A stretch of 64,000 bases of DNA from Syncephalis fuscata S228 (lineage: Eukaryota; Fungi; Zoopagomycota), in the NCBI GenBank assembly GCA_025786725.1, contig JAHLTZ010000004.1:248001-312000 (forward strand). The letters are read 5' to 3'. This document shows, piece by piece, positions 1 to 13,653 of this stretch. The position numbers were made by a program, and so were the translations under genes. Numbering within the stretch: position 1 is the first letter of the stretch; each line of letters begins with the position of its first letter. The notes under the pieces were generated by a model, which was not told the DNA's origin, did not search any database, and was given only the letters and a program-made list of their open reading frames with translations.

Positions 1-843
1 CTATTTTACAGATGGTTACATTTATTGATAGTTGGTAAATAAACATCTTTTTTACAAACAATGCATGATATCAATGCGGCATCAGTTTTAATGCACTAAA
101 CCGTACTTTCTTACATTTATCTTCTGTTACGTATATGCTAGCTGCAGTTCTTCAAAGCATAAAAGTATACTGATTGGTTCGTATATTCATTTATGTTCGG
201 CATTGTGATTTAGTTGCAAGAATAAACATTTTACTTTAGCACTGTGCTACAGTCTGTTGATATGGGTTTATTTAGCAATCACTTGTGGACATGAATTATT
301 GACTGCTGCCTAACAACACTTCCAATAGCAGAGCATTCAATTTTAGCATTGCTGTCATCGATTGTTCAACCATACAGCAATGTAACAACACTAGGCTGCA
401 CTGATTTGGCAATCTCCGTCAAATATATCCAGTGTTGAATGTACGGCGGCAACATACAAATACTAACCAGTGACAATTTAAATGCACAAGTGATTTATTT
501 AGCAATGACTCAAAGAATAGTTATCTGTTTATTATATCCATAGTGGTTTATTATAGGCGCACACATCAAATTGCTAACAATTCAAGGCAAACTACATCAG
601 GACAAGACTGTGGCATTGAAACTCATAGCAATATCACATTCTAAGCATATTCTTACCAGTCTGTAAATCCATGGCAATACTGTCATCATTCCAATAACTA
701 TGGCTATATTCAATGAATATTGCTTTCAACACTTAATATAAAGACAATTTTTAATAAAGTAATTTTTATTTCATATATACTGACAAAAGAACGACAACGA
801 TCATATTGCAGCGTAACACATATAACCAATATAGTAAAATTCA

Positions 844-1964
844 TTAGAATCGCGGTTTACGTTTACGTGCCGTATATTTCGAATCTTCGGCCACCTTTTT
901 GCCTCGTTTACGCATTAATTCCTTCTTGCGCACCACCCAATCCTTATCTTTAACGCCCTTTCGCTGCTTATTCGATGGTCGACGCTCCCGTATACTAAAT
1001 AAACCAATTAACATTATACACTATTTTAATCATAGTTCACCTCCCACTTACCGATCTGCGTTGTAAACGACGCCATCCTCTTCCTCGCCAAGTGCACGAG
1101 GCATTTGATTTGATCCAGGCATCGAGCCAGTAAATAAACACAAATAATACTTTTTGGCCTTTTTGCTATTTGGATAATCAACTACTAAACCACCAGTAAA
1201 ACCGGAACGTGTTGCTTGTTCCATTATCATCTCAATTTGATTATCGTTTTCGGGATAGAATTGAAAGATGGCACGTGCCCCATTAGCTAGTGAACTATAT
1301 AGCGTTGTAAAAAACTGGGCCAATCGACGACGTGGTTCGTGCCACCGTTTATCAGCATTGCATAGCCATTGTAATACGGAAATACTAAATAATACATCAA
1401 TTATATTAGATATGGCTAATTTATACATAATTACGCTCTTATTACCTAATAGCACCATCAAATGTTCCCGGCCGAAATCCCAGACCCTCTCCTACATCCT
1501 GTAGAAATAGATCACCTTCAACTTCACGTTCCACAGCAATATCTATCAAATATTAATTAATTAATTAACACTTTAAACATAACAACTACTTTACACTTAC
1601 TTAACATGGCCGGTGCAATATCAAGTCCTACCCAATGATGGCCTTCCTCGTCCAGAATTTCACCACTAAGTCCCGATCCACATCCAATATCTAGCAACAT
1701 ACACTGCTTTCCTTCAGGTAAACAAAGCAATTCAAGAGCACGGAATGCCATTTCAGCTTGGATGCCAGCAATACGTGTACTAATATATTCATACTTGTTA
1801 ACAGCTATTGCTTGCCCCTATAAACACCACTTACTTTGAAGTGTATTTCTCCGCTTCGCCTTCATTATAAACCTATCCAATGACTATTAACCGATATATT
1901 CTATTCATTGGTTAGCCATTATATTTACCACTTCAGGTGGCCCCTGATGTTCTGGACGAGACAT
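844..1964 (-). CDS. BUD23: 18S rRNA m7G methyltransferase Bud23/WBSCR22 (multi-exon)
   Basis: Start [12 protein letters not shown]; [16 protein letters not shown] motif; [23 protein letters not shown]; C-terminus WVVRKKE...[12 protein letters not shown]. Confidence 0.96.
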
Positions 1965-2174
1965 TATCCTTAGTTACTTCTGCTAATCGTCGTCGTGACC
2001 AAGTTAAATACGCTGATAGAATTGGTAAAGAAAAAGTGAATTTTTCTTTTTTTCCCTCTCAATGAGTGATTAATATTTATATCAATATTGATATACTCTT
2101 TTATTAACAACACCTATCCCAACATTTACTATTCCTTTTGACGTCACCCGTATTGATTCAACATTCTGGTGATC

Positions 2175-2727
2175 ATGCTACACTTACTAGGCGTGAATCT
2201 GCCAGATCAGAAGGTTGTGCACATAGCACTGACCTATTTCTACGGTATTGGTCGCAAAACAGCTGAACGTATCTGCCATGAAATGTCGATTCATCGACAG
2301 GCAAAATTACACGAGCTATCGGAAAACCAGCTTAATCGTCTAAGCCAATTGCTAACAGGCATGACACTTGAATCCGATTTAAAACGAGAAGTCAGACATA
2401 ATGTCGTACGCTATCGACAGATTGGCTGCTATCGTGGTCGTCGTCATCAATTGGGATTACCAGTACGCGGTCAACGAACACAAAATAACTGCAAGACAGC
2501 CAAGCGACTTAACGGACGGCTATTGCGCGAAGAAGCGGCTATAGCAGAAGGTCGTGGCTATCATACTATAAGTGCTGTCTATCGTCCATCTATACCAGCC
2601 ACTGAGCCGTAAGTAGTTTACAATCAATTAGTTAAACATTAGTATCTCATTATTATTTATTACATAACATAGAACAACATCGATTCGATCTATGGGATTG
2701 TTAGCACGTATATTCAATCGCGCCTAA
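2175..2727 (+). CDS. SWS2: Mitochondrial ribosomal protein uS13m (2 exons)
   Basis: ALTYFYGIG...YRGRRHQLGLPVRGQRTQNN uS13 motifs; intron ~2609-2672; last exon TTSIRSMGLLARIFNRA*. Confidence 0.92.
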
Positions 2728-2899
2728 ACAGGTCAAATTACTCATGGCTATACATCAATGTTAAATGCAAAAGAATTAAATGTTAAACGAACATTATATT
2801 AATAATAATGAAACGAATCGACGCAACGTGCTGCTAATATAATATATAATATGCTATTGGTGGATAGTGATTGTCGGGGAAAATAAAACAAAAAGACAA

Positions 2900-4706
2900 C
2901 TAAATTGGCGGTTTTAAAAGATATTCTAATCATCATATTAAAATAATAATAATGACATTAGTATCAATAACGATCTATATATCTGATTGTATAAACTAAC
3001 CTTCACATAAATCTTCAAAACAATCAGTACAATCCTGTGATGCCTTTTCACATCCACAGCTACACGTTAACTCGCCTTTAATGTTTCTATAAGGCGGTCT
3101 ACGTGGATTACCAATGGTTGAGTTACAGCCATTATCTGGGCTACAACAACCACCTGATGTTTCTTGGTTCATAGCATCGGCTGACGATGTAGATGTGGCA
3201 GAGGTTGGCATATTGCATCCTTTACATCCTTGACCACATCCTGCACCGCAACCACCACCAGAACTACAGCCACATTGACTAGTAGATGGCATGGATGTTA
3301 CTGTATTGTATACCATACGCATCAATTCCTCGTCACCTAACTCGTCCGATCGTTGTCGCTTTGTAGGCGGGTATTGATCTGACATATCCATATCAGCTGT
3401 AGGTGAGTAGCTAGTTATTTGACCAAAACTACTTTTACTTGTGTCTGAATAATGGCTATAGTTGCTTGATGCAGTTTCTGAGAAGTTACTAGAATGACTT
3501 TGACTCAAATCAACTGGTCTTGGCATAGGATAGTCATTATTGTTTGTATGGTGTTCATTAGTGCTACAAGCACAGCCATTGGGTCCACATCCATCACACT
3601 TTGATAAATTGTCAGTATCAGTCATTTCAGTATCTTGTTCATCGATTGTTGGCGGTACTTTGCTACCACAGCAGCCACCTTTAGATGGTTGTTGAGTTGA
3701 TTTACTGCTACAACAGCCACCTTTAGAAGTGGATTTAGATACTTCTTTAGTGCTACAACAACCACCTTGAGAAGTAGGCTTGGATAATTTAGTGCTACAG
3801 CAACCACCTTTTGAAGGTGCTTTAGCTGTTTCACGACTACAACACCGCCTTTTGAAGGTGATGGACTTGGCTTGCTGCTACAGCAACCCCCGCAGTAGCA
3901 TTTACTAGTGGGGCTGTTGCCATATTTGTATCGCTATTGGAAATGGTCATAGCCACTGCATTATTGGTGCTTAAAAGTGGTTTGCTTATTGTTTGCAGCA
4001 TTATTGTATCGTTACCATCCCCTCCTCCACTACAGCAGCTATCGCCAAATTGATCCTTGCCACATCGACAATTAGGATCGATATGGCCCTCGGCAGCTGC
4101 TTGTTCAAAGGTTAACGGCACTACCGTGCGACAATTAACACACTCTGTTCCTCGTTCACGGCAATCACATGGATTTAATAAGGCTGGTACACTTAGAATG
4201 ACGGAACAGCACCGACAATTTTCTGAACAGCCACATTTACACCTGGAGACTAGCCATAAAGTGTAAATGGCTATTGCCAAGCATCGATGATTGTTACCAA
4301 CTTACCAATTGATTTAGTCTCCACATTATTTACTTGATTATTTACTTGATTATTTATTTGATTATTAGTGGCAACACCGGCATAATAAACTATATAGTTG
4401 TTGGTATTACTAATTAAAATATGAATGCTATAGCTTACTATTATCCGCATTACTGTTAATGCCGTTGTTTTCATCGCCATTATACATACTATCGTTGGTG
4501 CTTGCGGTTGCAGATCCACAAGTGCATTTCGTATGAACTTTCCGACTACTAGTACGTAGCCGCCTGCAATGCTCGCACTGCGTACTTGGCCGACCTCTGC
4601 GACGTACAAGAACAAGGTCACGATCATTATGGTTGCACCCTGCTACGCGGTGTCCTTTGATACAGGTAAGACAGGCATATTTCTCGCCATTTCGAAGAAT
4701 AGCCAT
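2900..4706 (-). CDS. Copper-fist transcription factor (Ace1/Mac1/Cuf1/Haa1 family) with Cys-rich repeats; apparent frameshifts ~3845-3912
   Basis: N-terminal KYACLTCIKGHRVAGCNHNDRDL..VRRRGRPSTQCEHCR..VHTKCTCG copper-fist domain; tandem KGGCCS repeats; last exon EYLLKPPI*. Confidence 0.9.
3660..3900 (-). repeat. Six tandem ~39-42 bp coding repeats (..KGGCCS..)
   Basis: Minus-strand units AAAGG(T/C)GG(T/C)TG(T/C)TGTAGC separated by S/K/T/P-rich linkers. Confidence 0.85.
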
Positions 4707-5834
4707 AGTGTGTAAGTTGGTATACCAATAGTCAGCTTGGTGTATGCAAAACGAGAAAGAGATAGAATAGTGAGCTTTGTCAGCGGTCAAATAGTAATGT
4801 GCCCACTACATATGCCTGCACGTGCAGTTCATAGATTTCTAACAAGCAGGAAAGACGATAAACAAACTGGGCGAAGTATGAGTTGGTTTGTATGAGAAGA
4901 AAAGTGGCACTTTGCATTTATTGGATTGCTTCAGACTGCGCAGTCATGGCCTTTTCTAATAATCGCACTCTTAGTTCCCTTGCATAGACTAGTCTTTTTT
5001 ACTCTATACTCAATCTATACTAATAGATTTATTCCATTTATTGCTGGATCTATCTTTTTACACATTTGCTTGGCCGCTACATGTCTTAGTTCTTACAATG
5101 TAATGCTAGTTATTGCATTTGCCACCCATTAGTAATGAATAGATAAGCGCAGTGTACGTTCAGCTATAATATGAATGTCCTTTTCTGGTTAGTTCGCATT
5201 CAAAACTGGTCGTTCACCAATCATGCCTATTATAGCGGTCGAATGATGCATTAAATGCCGATACAACCGGCGTCAATGAATATCCGCCCATGCTAAGTAG
5301 TCAAAAGCACAAACAAAGCAATTACAAGTACTTGGACCTATTTATAGACACTAAAAGTATGACACACATACATCAACTTTAAGAAGCAGTAAGTTGCACC
5401 ACCATGCTTGAATTGAATAAGCCTAAGCACAAAGACTATTTAAAATACATTTATATTGTTTACAAATATCATAATGATGGTAGAATAAATAATATAAATA
5501 TTGTATTGTACAATTTTACATACTATTTATATATTCAGTAATTCAAGTTTTTATTGTTTATACACCAAAGCATCATCATCATAATAATAATAATAAATAT
5601 GATCTATGATTAATCATTTGAATTAAATTACTCTTTTCTATAACCATTTACATAGTAACTTGGCAGATAACTATTATTTACTTCTCAACGGTTCTGTATA
5701 TCTATTATTGTTACTATCTAGCGTGTCTTGTGTTAATCTGTAATAAGCGTCATTAGTTTAGCGTGAATCTTGGTGGTTACATAGTTACCTGTTTTAATTG
5801 CCATCGCATTCCAGTGCTAAATACTGGACAGGCT

Positions 5835-7898
5835 ATGACAAGTGAAATACCACCGTCTGTTGTTACTTCACTGCCTTCTTTGCCGAAAGCAGCTACCGGT
5901 AACGCTCATTATCGACCACCGAATGGTGCAACAAAGTCAACCAATATTCAACAAACAACAAAGCGTAATCTAACGTCGACACGAGGTGTAAACTCGACGA
6001 CGGTCACTTCTCCTTCCTCGTCTGTCGCGAATAGTACTGCTGCTGGTAGTGCAGAAACTACCGATATGCCAAAGCGACTATCGTCTCTGCCTGGCTGGAA
6101 TGGCAAAGACCGTGATAGCAAAACGAATCGAGTATCTAGATATGACCAATTAATGAATACAACGGCCGATGCATGGGATGCAGATGCAGCCGAGGATCTA
6201 GACGCTGATAACGACGTATTTGCCGAGACACGAATGATGGCAAAAGACGCTGCCTTGAAGAAAGATCGTTCAATGCAACAAACACTGCCACCATCACAGC
6301 TAACTGCTTTGAAACAGGCAGCGGCTGTAGCTACGGCTTCGGTTAAACGTGCTAATAGTGCTCAAGTCTTTGGTAAAGGTAAATATCTGCATAACAGCAA
6401 TAATAATGGCAATAATTATAGAATAATAATTCATACAATTTATGTTAATGTACCAATGTTAGATCATTTAAGTTCACTATCCAATTATGACCCGCGTCCA
6501 CCTGAGACAGATCTGCAAACGGCGCGCGATCTATTCGATATTAATGCTAAATTGGCTCGATTTGAAAAGTTTCGTAAAATTCTAATAGAACCCAATGTCG
6601 ATTTACGCAAGTAATTTCTTTTTATTGAAGCTCAGCCATTAATTGATAGTCATTACCATTTAGGCGAGTTGCGAAAACTAAGCTGGAATGGTATATCGGA
6701 TGAATTAAGACCCATGGCATGGCAATTAATGATGGTAATGAATGGAATAGAATAGAGTAGATAGAGTAGAGTAGAATAATAATAATATCATATAATTTAA
6801 TTTAATTTAGGGATATTTGCCATGTAATTTGGAACGACGTGAACAAACATTAATGCGAAAACGTAAAGAATACGAAGAATGTGTGGCACAGGCATTTGCA
6901 CGTGGAGAAGCTGGTCTTGATCAAACTATTTGGCATCAAGTAATAAGCTAATAAGATAAATGGAAATATTTACTAATATTGGCTTTAAAGATTCATATGA
7001 TGTACCGAGGACACATCCACACATTCCACTTTATCAACAAGAAGCCACACAACAGGCAAGCATAGCTTTGATACTTATTAGTGATTGCTTTTATTAATAA
7101 TAATAGTATATGGATGATATAGGCGTTAGAACGAATTCTTTACTGTTGGGCTATACGTCATCCGGCTAGTGGCTATGTTCAAGGCATTAACGATCTACTA
7201 ACACCGTTTTTCCAAGTATTTCTTTCATCGTATATGGGTAATACAAGTTTGAACGAGTTTAAACTATCAGAACTGTCGCCTGAAATACTTACAGTAATTG
7301 AGGCGGATAGTTTCTGGTGCATGACCAAACTACTAGATGGTATTCAAGATAACTACACTCATGGACAACCAGGAATACAGCGGCAAATTGGTCGTCTACG
7401 TGAACTTATCCATCGTATTGATCGTAGGTTATTAGCTATATTTATAAGTAATTTAACTAGCATAGATAGTAACATATTGACGCTTATAGCACCACTAGCC
7501 AAACATTTGGAAACAGAATCAGTTGAATATATTCAATTTTCGTTTCGATGGATGAATTGTTTATTAATGCGTGAGTTATCGCTTTCTAACGTAATTCGTA
7601 TGTGGGACACCTATTTAGTAAGTGATTACAGTCATTAATCATGTTGATAATAATTATTTTTATTTAGTCGGAGGAATCAGATGGATTTTCTGATTTTCAC
7701 GCTTATGTATGCGCGGCTTTTTTGGTCAAATGGTCAGAGAAATTACGTAAAATGGATTTTCAGGAAATTATTACATTTTTACAATCCGTGCCAACAGCTA
7801 CATGGACCAGTAAAGAGGTGGAAGTACTACTTTCTGAAGCATTTTTATGGAAGACACTATTTCATAATGCACCCGGTCATCTTACAGGTCGTCAGTAG
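5835..7898 (+). CDS. GYP1: TBC-domain Rab GTPase-activating protein (Gyp1/TBC1D22-like)
   Basis: LRKLSWNG, ALERILYCWAIRHPASGYVQGINDL, EADSFWCMTKLLDGIQDNYT, YIQFSFRWMNCLLMRE; one apparent 1-nt deletion near 6998. Confidence 0.93.
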
Positions 7899-8021
7899 TC
7901 CTGTATAATGACTATTCATCTTTGTTCTGTGAATTGCGTGTGGTTGTTGTACATGCGTTAATATATATATATGTCTGTGTGTAGTTTGAAGTTTACAATA
8001 TAATGTTTATTTGAATTGTAT

Positions 8022-8780
8022 TTACTTGCTTTTATTCTGTGCCTGTCGATCAGTGCTAGCCACTGAGGTACTGAGCGCGACCCAGGATCGTTTGACTAGC
8101 CAGACAGGTAGAGCCATCCACAAAAATTGATACCAACGAAATAGACCCAGTAGTAGAGCCAATGAGGATTACTATTGGATTTCTCGGCAAATACTTCAGT
8201 CAAATAGTAAAGAACTAGGCCGTAGATTTGGCACAATGATACGGTCAATTGCAACAAATGACGATGGGGAGAGCGAGTAAAAATGGCTCGGGCTGCTAAA
8301 TAGCATAGTGGTCCATCAATTGCCTATTGAATAGGGGTAAAACGTTAATAAATCATTCTATTAACAGTATAATCTACTTACAGCAGTAATACCCTCCATA
8401 GTGAGCGTGAATAAATCCGATCGCAAGTAACGCGAGTCACTTAATGCATACTCTTTCCATATTTGTCCGAGAATAAACGAGTCGCCAGCCAAAATGCGAT
8501 GATTAACGACAAAGTAGCCTTCAAAACCGATATGAATGGTGCCGGATATAATAAGCCACGTAAAGGCAATACGCTCAGCCAATGGCACAATGCCGCCTCG
8601 CTTGATGGTACGGCCTTGACCGGCTAGAACAAACGCCACAACAGCAATAACGGCTAATGGGGCGGCAAATGTGCTTATTAGATAAATGGCCGACTTGGTA
8701 TTAGGCACATAGTGAGGAAGGGATGCATCCTGTGGATAATAAGGATGGCTAACAATTGATATTGGTTCTTTCTCGGCCAT
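8022..8780 (-). CDS. Emopamil-binding protein family (EBP-like sterol delta8-delta7 isomerase)
   Basis: HPYYP, WLIISGTIHIGFEGYF, GQIWKEYALSDSRY, MEGITA motifs; one intron; Lys-rich C-terminus. Confidence 0.9.
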
Positions 8781-8931
8781 TGTAAATATTTAAAAGTGAC
8801 ACTGTTAAGTAATAGCAATACGTGTTATTTAATAAACGAATAGAAAGAGAATGATAATCACGAATTATAGAACGATATGTTTATAAAAACGCTAAAGTCG
8901 CGCGATGATTGGACATTTGGACATCAGCCCA

Positions 8932-9905
8932 CTAAGACGGTTGTGGATGACGACGAATATAATCACGTGACAAGAGATCCGCTTGTCGAACGGGTTCAGG
9001 TACACGATAGCGACAACAACAAAGAGCAGTAGCAACTGCCGTAGCAAGTGATAGTCGATGTCCATAGAAACAAATATTGGATTAGAAGCAGTATCAAGCG
9101 ATCGAACAGCCTAAACAATGCATTATTATTGGTGGAATTACTATTAGTATAATGATAGACTTACTGCGCCGTATACTAAACCAGAATTACCAGCAAGCGG
9201 AAACCATTGACCACCTTGAAGTAACGAGGCACGACTTGTTTGTTTGACCACTTCCATAGTAAGCTGCTCGCCTTCATCGGGGATTTGTAGAAAGTTTTGC
9301 CAATACCAATAGTTGGTATATCTGCTTGTACACCGACATGACAAGCAAGTCCAAATCGGCGTGGATGTAACGTGCCATTACCATCAACAAATAAAACCTT
9401 ATTATTATTATTATGAATTCATTAATACAAGCAATATTGATTTTGTGTTTTTTAATCTTACTTGAGGCCATAACTCAGGTGATTGTTCCTTTAATTTACG
9501 CAGCATTGCTAGTAAGGGAGGTGCTTCACGAAAAGCTAAATAGCCGGCTTTGTACGGATACTCTAGCTCAACTTGCTCAAAATCCGAGTACATTAACTTG
9601 AAATCCGGATAACTTTGTACAATAAGTGCCGCCAAAGCATGTCGATCATCATTCTCGTAAAAACTAAGATCCACACCAGCTACTAATTTCAATCGATTGT
9701 CACTTTTAGCCGGTGTGTTTGTGGCAATATCTGGTAAATATGCCTGCCAATTACATTGATCCACTTCAATAAGCTGTTTTTTCAACTGAAGCTGTTCACT
9801 AGTAGCATAGTTATTTATTAAAGTCATAAATATGTAACTAATCACCTACTTGGCCCAAGTCTCGAGCAGTTTATCGTCTGCGGGACAAAGTGTTGTGTCA
9901 GCCAT
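8932..9905 (-). CDS. ENDOV: Endonuclease V (inosine-specific nuclease)
   Basis: [60 protein letters not shown]. Confidence 0.94.
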
Positions 9906-9995
9906 ACTATAACAATATTACTATTTTAATGAAATACATTAGTAAAATAAAACACGATTCAAGTCCTTTTACATTTAATATTCATATGACTCAAC

Positions 9996-12922
9996 ATGAC
10001 CGTGGAGCAAACATGCCAGCAAACATTAGCTGTAAGCACTACAGATTCGACAGATAATACAGCAACGGCATTAGAAAATCGCATTATTGCTCGATTGGCA
10101 GAAAGCAAGGTTAGTTTAATAGCTATTGGTTTGCTAGTACAAATAGCTCATTACTTTCATTTAGTCTTTTGTTTATCAAGCTATTCATAGGTAAAAGTCA
10201 TTAATAGCAGAGACTAGTTAGTACTTATATTGAGTATAGTTTTTATAAAGATATACCAAATGCTTACAAATACAGCTTAACTTTAACTGAAGAACTAAAG
10301 CCACTTAATACGGATATTCAAGCGTTTTCTCGTATGGTACATACTCTATTTTGACGGTTATTTAGTAGCTAGCATTAACGACTGGTTATATCAGATAACA
10401 GAAGATGTAGAATCAAATCGTTTAGCAGTATATCAGGATACGGCTTATATGCTTGAATTACTTATTGAAGTAAGTACATCTTGGTTGTTTACATTATTTA
10501 TATTTATTGTTTAATTACTATAGATTCATACACGATTACAAGATTTTGATCAAGCACTATTATCTAATGAACTACTAAGTGCTGTTTCATGTGTACACGA
10601 TACGGTAAATATTAACATTAATACTAATGCTAATGCTAACATCAATTTATTTAGTTATCACTTATTAATGGTTTAAGCAACTGTAAAGACGAATGTGATG
10701 TTGAAGTGCTTTCCTTATTAAAAGTGTGTAATTTATTTAACATTTATATTAATAGTCAATTAATGATTTTAGAGTGCTCGTAGTAAAAAGACCAGTGCAT
10801 TAAAGGCTTGTCTTCATCGATATACATCACTAGCGGTTGCTATTGCTCGGAATGATTTATATATACGCGTTGTTGTTACCTATGATATTATCGGTAAGTA
10901 TATATATATATATATAATGTTATAATAAATACTTAATGACATTACAACTAACATTAATAACACTAATACTTTATAGATCCACGAGATAGAACAGGAATGA
11001 GTAATGCTATCACTTTATCGGATTTGTTTTCGGCTTTGGCGGGTATTGAAATGCTAGATGATGAATTGAAATGGCTAGCCCGCCAATTTATAGATCTATT
11101 ACTACGACCTTTACTACACGATTCGTCCCTGCAGTTGACAATAGAACGTAGTAGACAACAAGCAGTTCTTACTATTGATCGACGGAAGAGCAATGCCATG
11201 TCTATTGATGGATTTGATAAACTATTAGAAGTGGCTCGATTTCTATCCCATGATATATTGTGTGGTGGCGAGTTTTCCGAAGATAATGAGTCTTTTACAG
11301 AACCATTTTCTATCATTTGGTATCACGATCTTGTACAAATGCTAACTCGGGATTATTTACAAAAACTTATACCTGGTGATCGGGCAGAGTTAAACCATTA
11401 TGTAGAAAGTATGGATCAAATGATAGGATTTGAAAGAGAACTACGAAATCTCGGTAGGTGATGTAATTATTAGCATAAATGGCCCTATTAATATGGCAAT
11501 CAACACTGTAGGATTATTACCACTAAGAGATAAACCAATAACAAACTTTCTTCAACAATGTGACAGCCACTACTTGAAAAGAGACGTACTGAATTATTAT
11601 AGATGCGCGAACAATTCTTATTGACGATGATCAAAATACTGTATTTATTGAAGATTTGTATTTAACTGGTAATAATCCATTATTATTGTTATAACATTTA
11701 CTAATTAGCTATTTTAGATAATATGGCATTAATGCAAAATGACAAAGATACAACCGTAAAGGGAGGTAAACTATTAAAAGGCGGTAAAGAAGACAGTGAA
11801 TCGAACGAGTCATTATTGGGATTTCCTACCTGTCATATTAGTGTGCAAACCCAAACGCTTATTGAACTTGTTAACCAGACATTAGATAAAGCCATCAGTA
11901 TTACTGAAGCAGATGAGTAAGTGACTAATAAATAATACAGCGTTTAACTAACTGAACTAATTAAATAGAGCCATGGAATTGTTTTGTTGTGCTCGAGATC
12001 TACTCGATCTACATCGAGCTATTAGACCTATGATTGAAAAGGATGAACGTGCATCTCAGTATTTAGCAAGGGGTGCTATTCTATATAATGACTGCATGTA
12101 TATTGTCTATCATCTACATGCATTTGAATATCGCTATGGCAAACTACTGTCCAAACCATTGCGCTCAATGGCTACATTTATCGATCTAGTACATACTTAT
12201 TGGTCGCTGGGCCATACTCATTTCTGCCAACTAGTGGTAAGTAGTCGTTGGTAGTTGATAGCATTTACACGATTACTTACTTACTTGCCAATAGCACCAA
12301 CAGCAAGAACACTTGGAAGCTTTAATGGCATCAATCTGTGGTCTACACCAACTTGATGAACAACAGAGATCAGATCAAGTAGAAACTATTTTAAAACAAG
12401 CAATTCAACACGTATCACAAATAGTTAAATCATGGCGAGTAAGTGTTTTATTTATTGTGCCATAATAACATGTAATGTACTAATAAACTTGTCCTAATAG
12501 ATTTTATTACCAAAGCGGCTTTATCGACAGTCTATTGGATCATTGCTTAATGTAATACTGGATTCAATGATTCAACAGGTATTATCGCTTACTACTCTAA
12601 TGACTACACTCGAATGCTATCGATTACGTCATTTATTCTCGATGATTGATCGGCTTGTTCACGACTGTATAGTCCCACCATCAAAAGAGAATTCCACGGA
12701 AGCAGTAAGTGTTGTTAGTAGTATGTTGCTGTGTTATTACATTAACGCATCCTCTCTTTGTAGATGTCAGCTTGGTTCAAGTTTTCTCAGATATACACGC
12801 TTATTAATCCATCAACGTCCGAATCAACTCGACGAGTCATACTTGGCAATACTACGGCCGTATGGTCTTCCGAGGATAAAGCAATTTTGAAACGCCTTAT
12901 TGATGGCATTAGCCATTCCTAA
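9996..12922 (+). CDS. ZW10: ZW10/Dsl1-like kinetochore and vesicle-tethering protein (many exons, apparent frameshifts ~11580-11600)
   Basis: FPTCHIS, LFCCARDLLDL, AILYNDCMYIVYHL, TFIDLV and C-terminal WFKF resemble the ZW10 C-terminal region. Confidence 0.72.
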
Positions 12923-13086
12923 TATTTATTCACTGTTTATAACGATATAGTTTTAATAAAGTATCAAATGACACGCAGGCGCGCCTTGATTGAAGCATAG
13001 TGTTCCTTGTCCATATTGTACAGTAGGTAACAGTCTGGTAAGTGATAGCTGCACTTCACATTGTACCCCGGCTCTTGTCCATTAAT

Positions 13087-13417
13087 CTATAATTGCGATG
13101 ACGATGTAATATCGTTGGTGATCGTGCCACTGCTGTCGTTGTGGATCGAGTGCAGTGTAGGTTCCAACCAATGGCCTGCATTGCCATCTAACCAACAACG
13201 ATCAGTGCCCCAATAGCAGGTACTGCCAAGCAAGGCTAGTAGCAGTGCAGAGCAATAGGCACAGGGTCTTTTATGCAGAAAATAAGATACTAGGTAGCAA
13301 AACACAAAATACGGTGGAGCAGTAGGCTGCGGCAGTAATAAAAGAGGAATGAACCAGCTAGACACGCGTAAGCAGTAGTACTGCAATCTCCAACTGTACT
13401 TACCGCATACAATACAT
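13087..13417 (-). CDS. BLCAP: BLCAP/BC10 family small membrane protein (2 exons)
   Basis: Spliced (intron 13358-13403) MYCMRWFIPLLLLPQP...SYFLHKRPCAYCSALL...CYW, matching the BC10 pattern MYCLxWxxPxLL..PCxxC. Confidence 0.88.
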
Positions 13418-13653
13418 GAAGCAGAATAAGCGGTGCTATTTCAAAGGCTAACAAAATGTAAATACTACGAGCCGCTGTAATAACAAGGATGAAAGTACAG
13501 TTAAGACTATGACGTGGTAAGAAAGAAAGAAAATATTAAATAATAAAACAAATAACAAAATAATGATGATCGTATTAATTAACACATTAACAACTTGTTA
13601 TGCGTCACCATGTTTTTCTATATTAAAGATTAAAAGCGCATCCATTAAAGTAG

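Noticed and set aside
1-720. Possible decayed coding sequence on the minus strand
   Set aside because: Multiple stops in the frames I read and no recognisable family motif.
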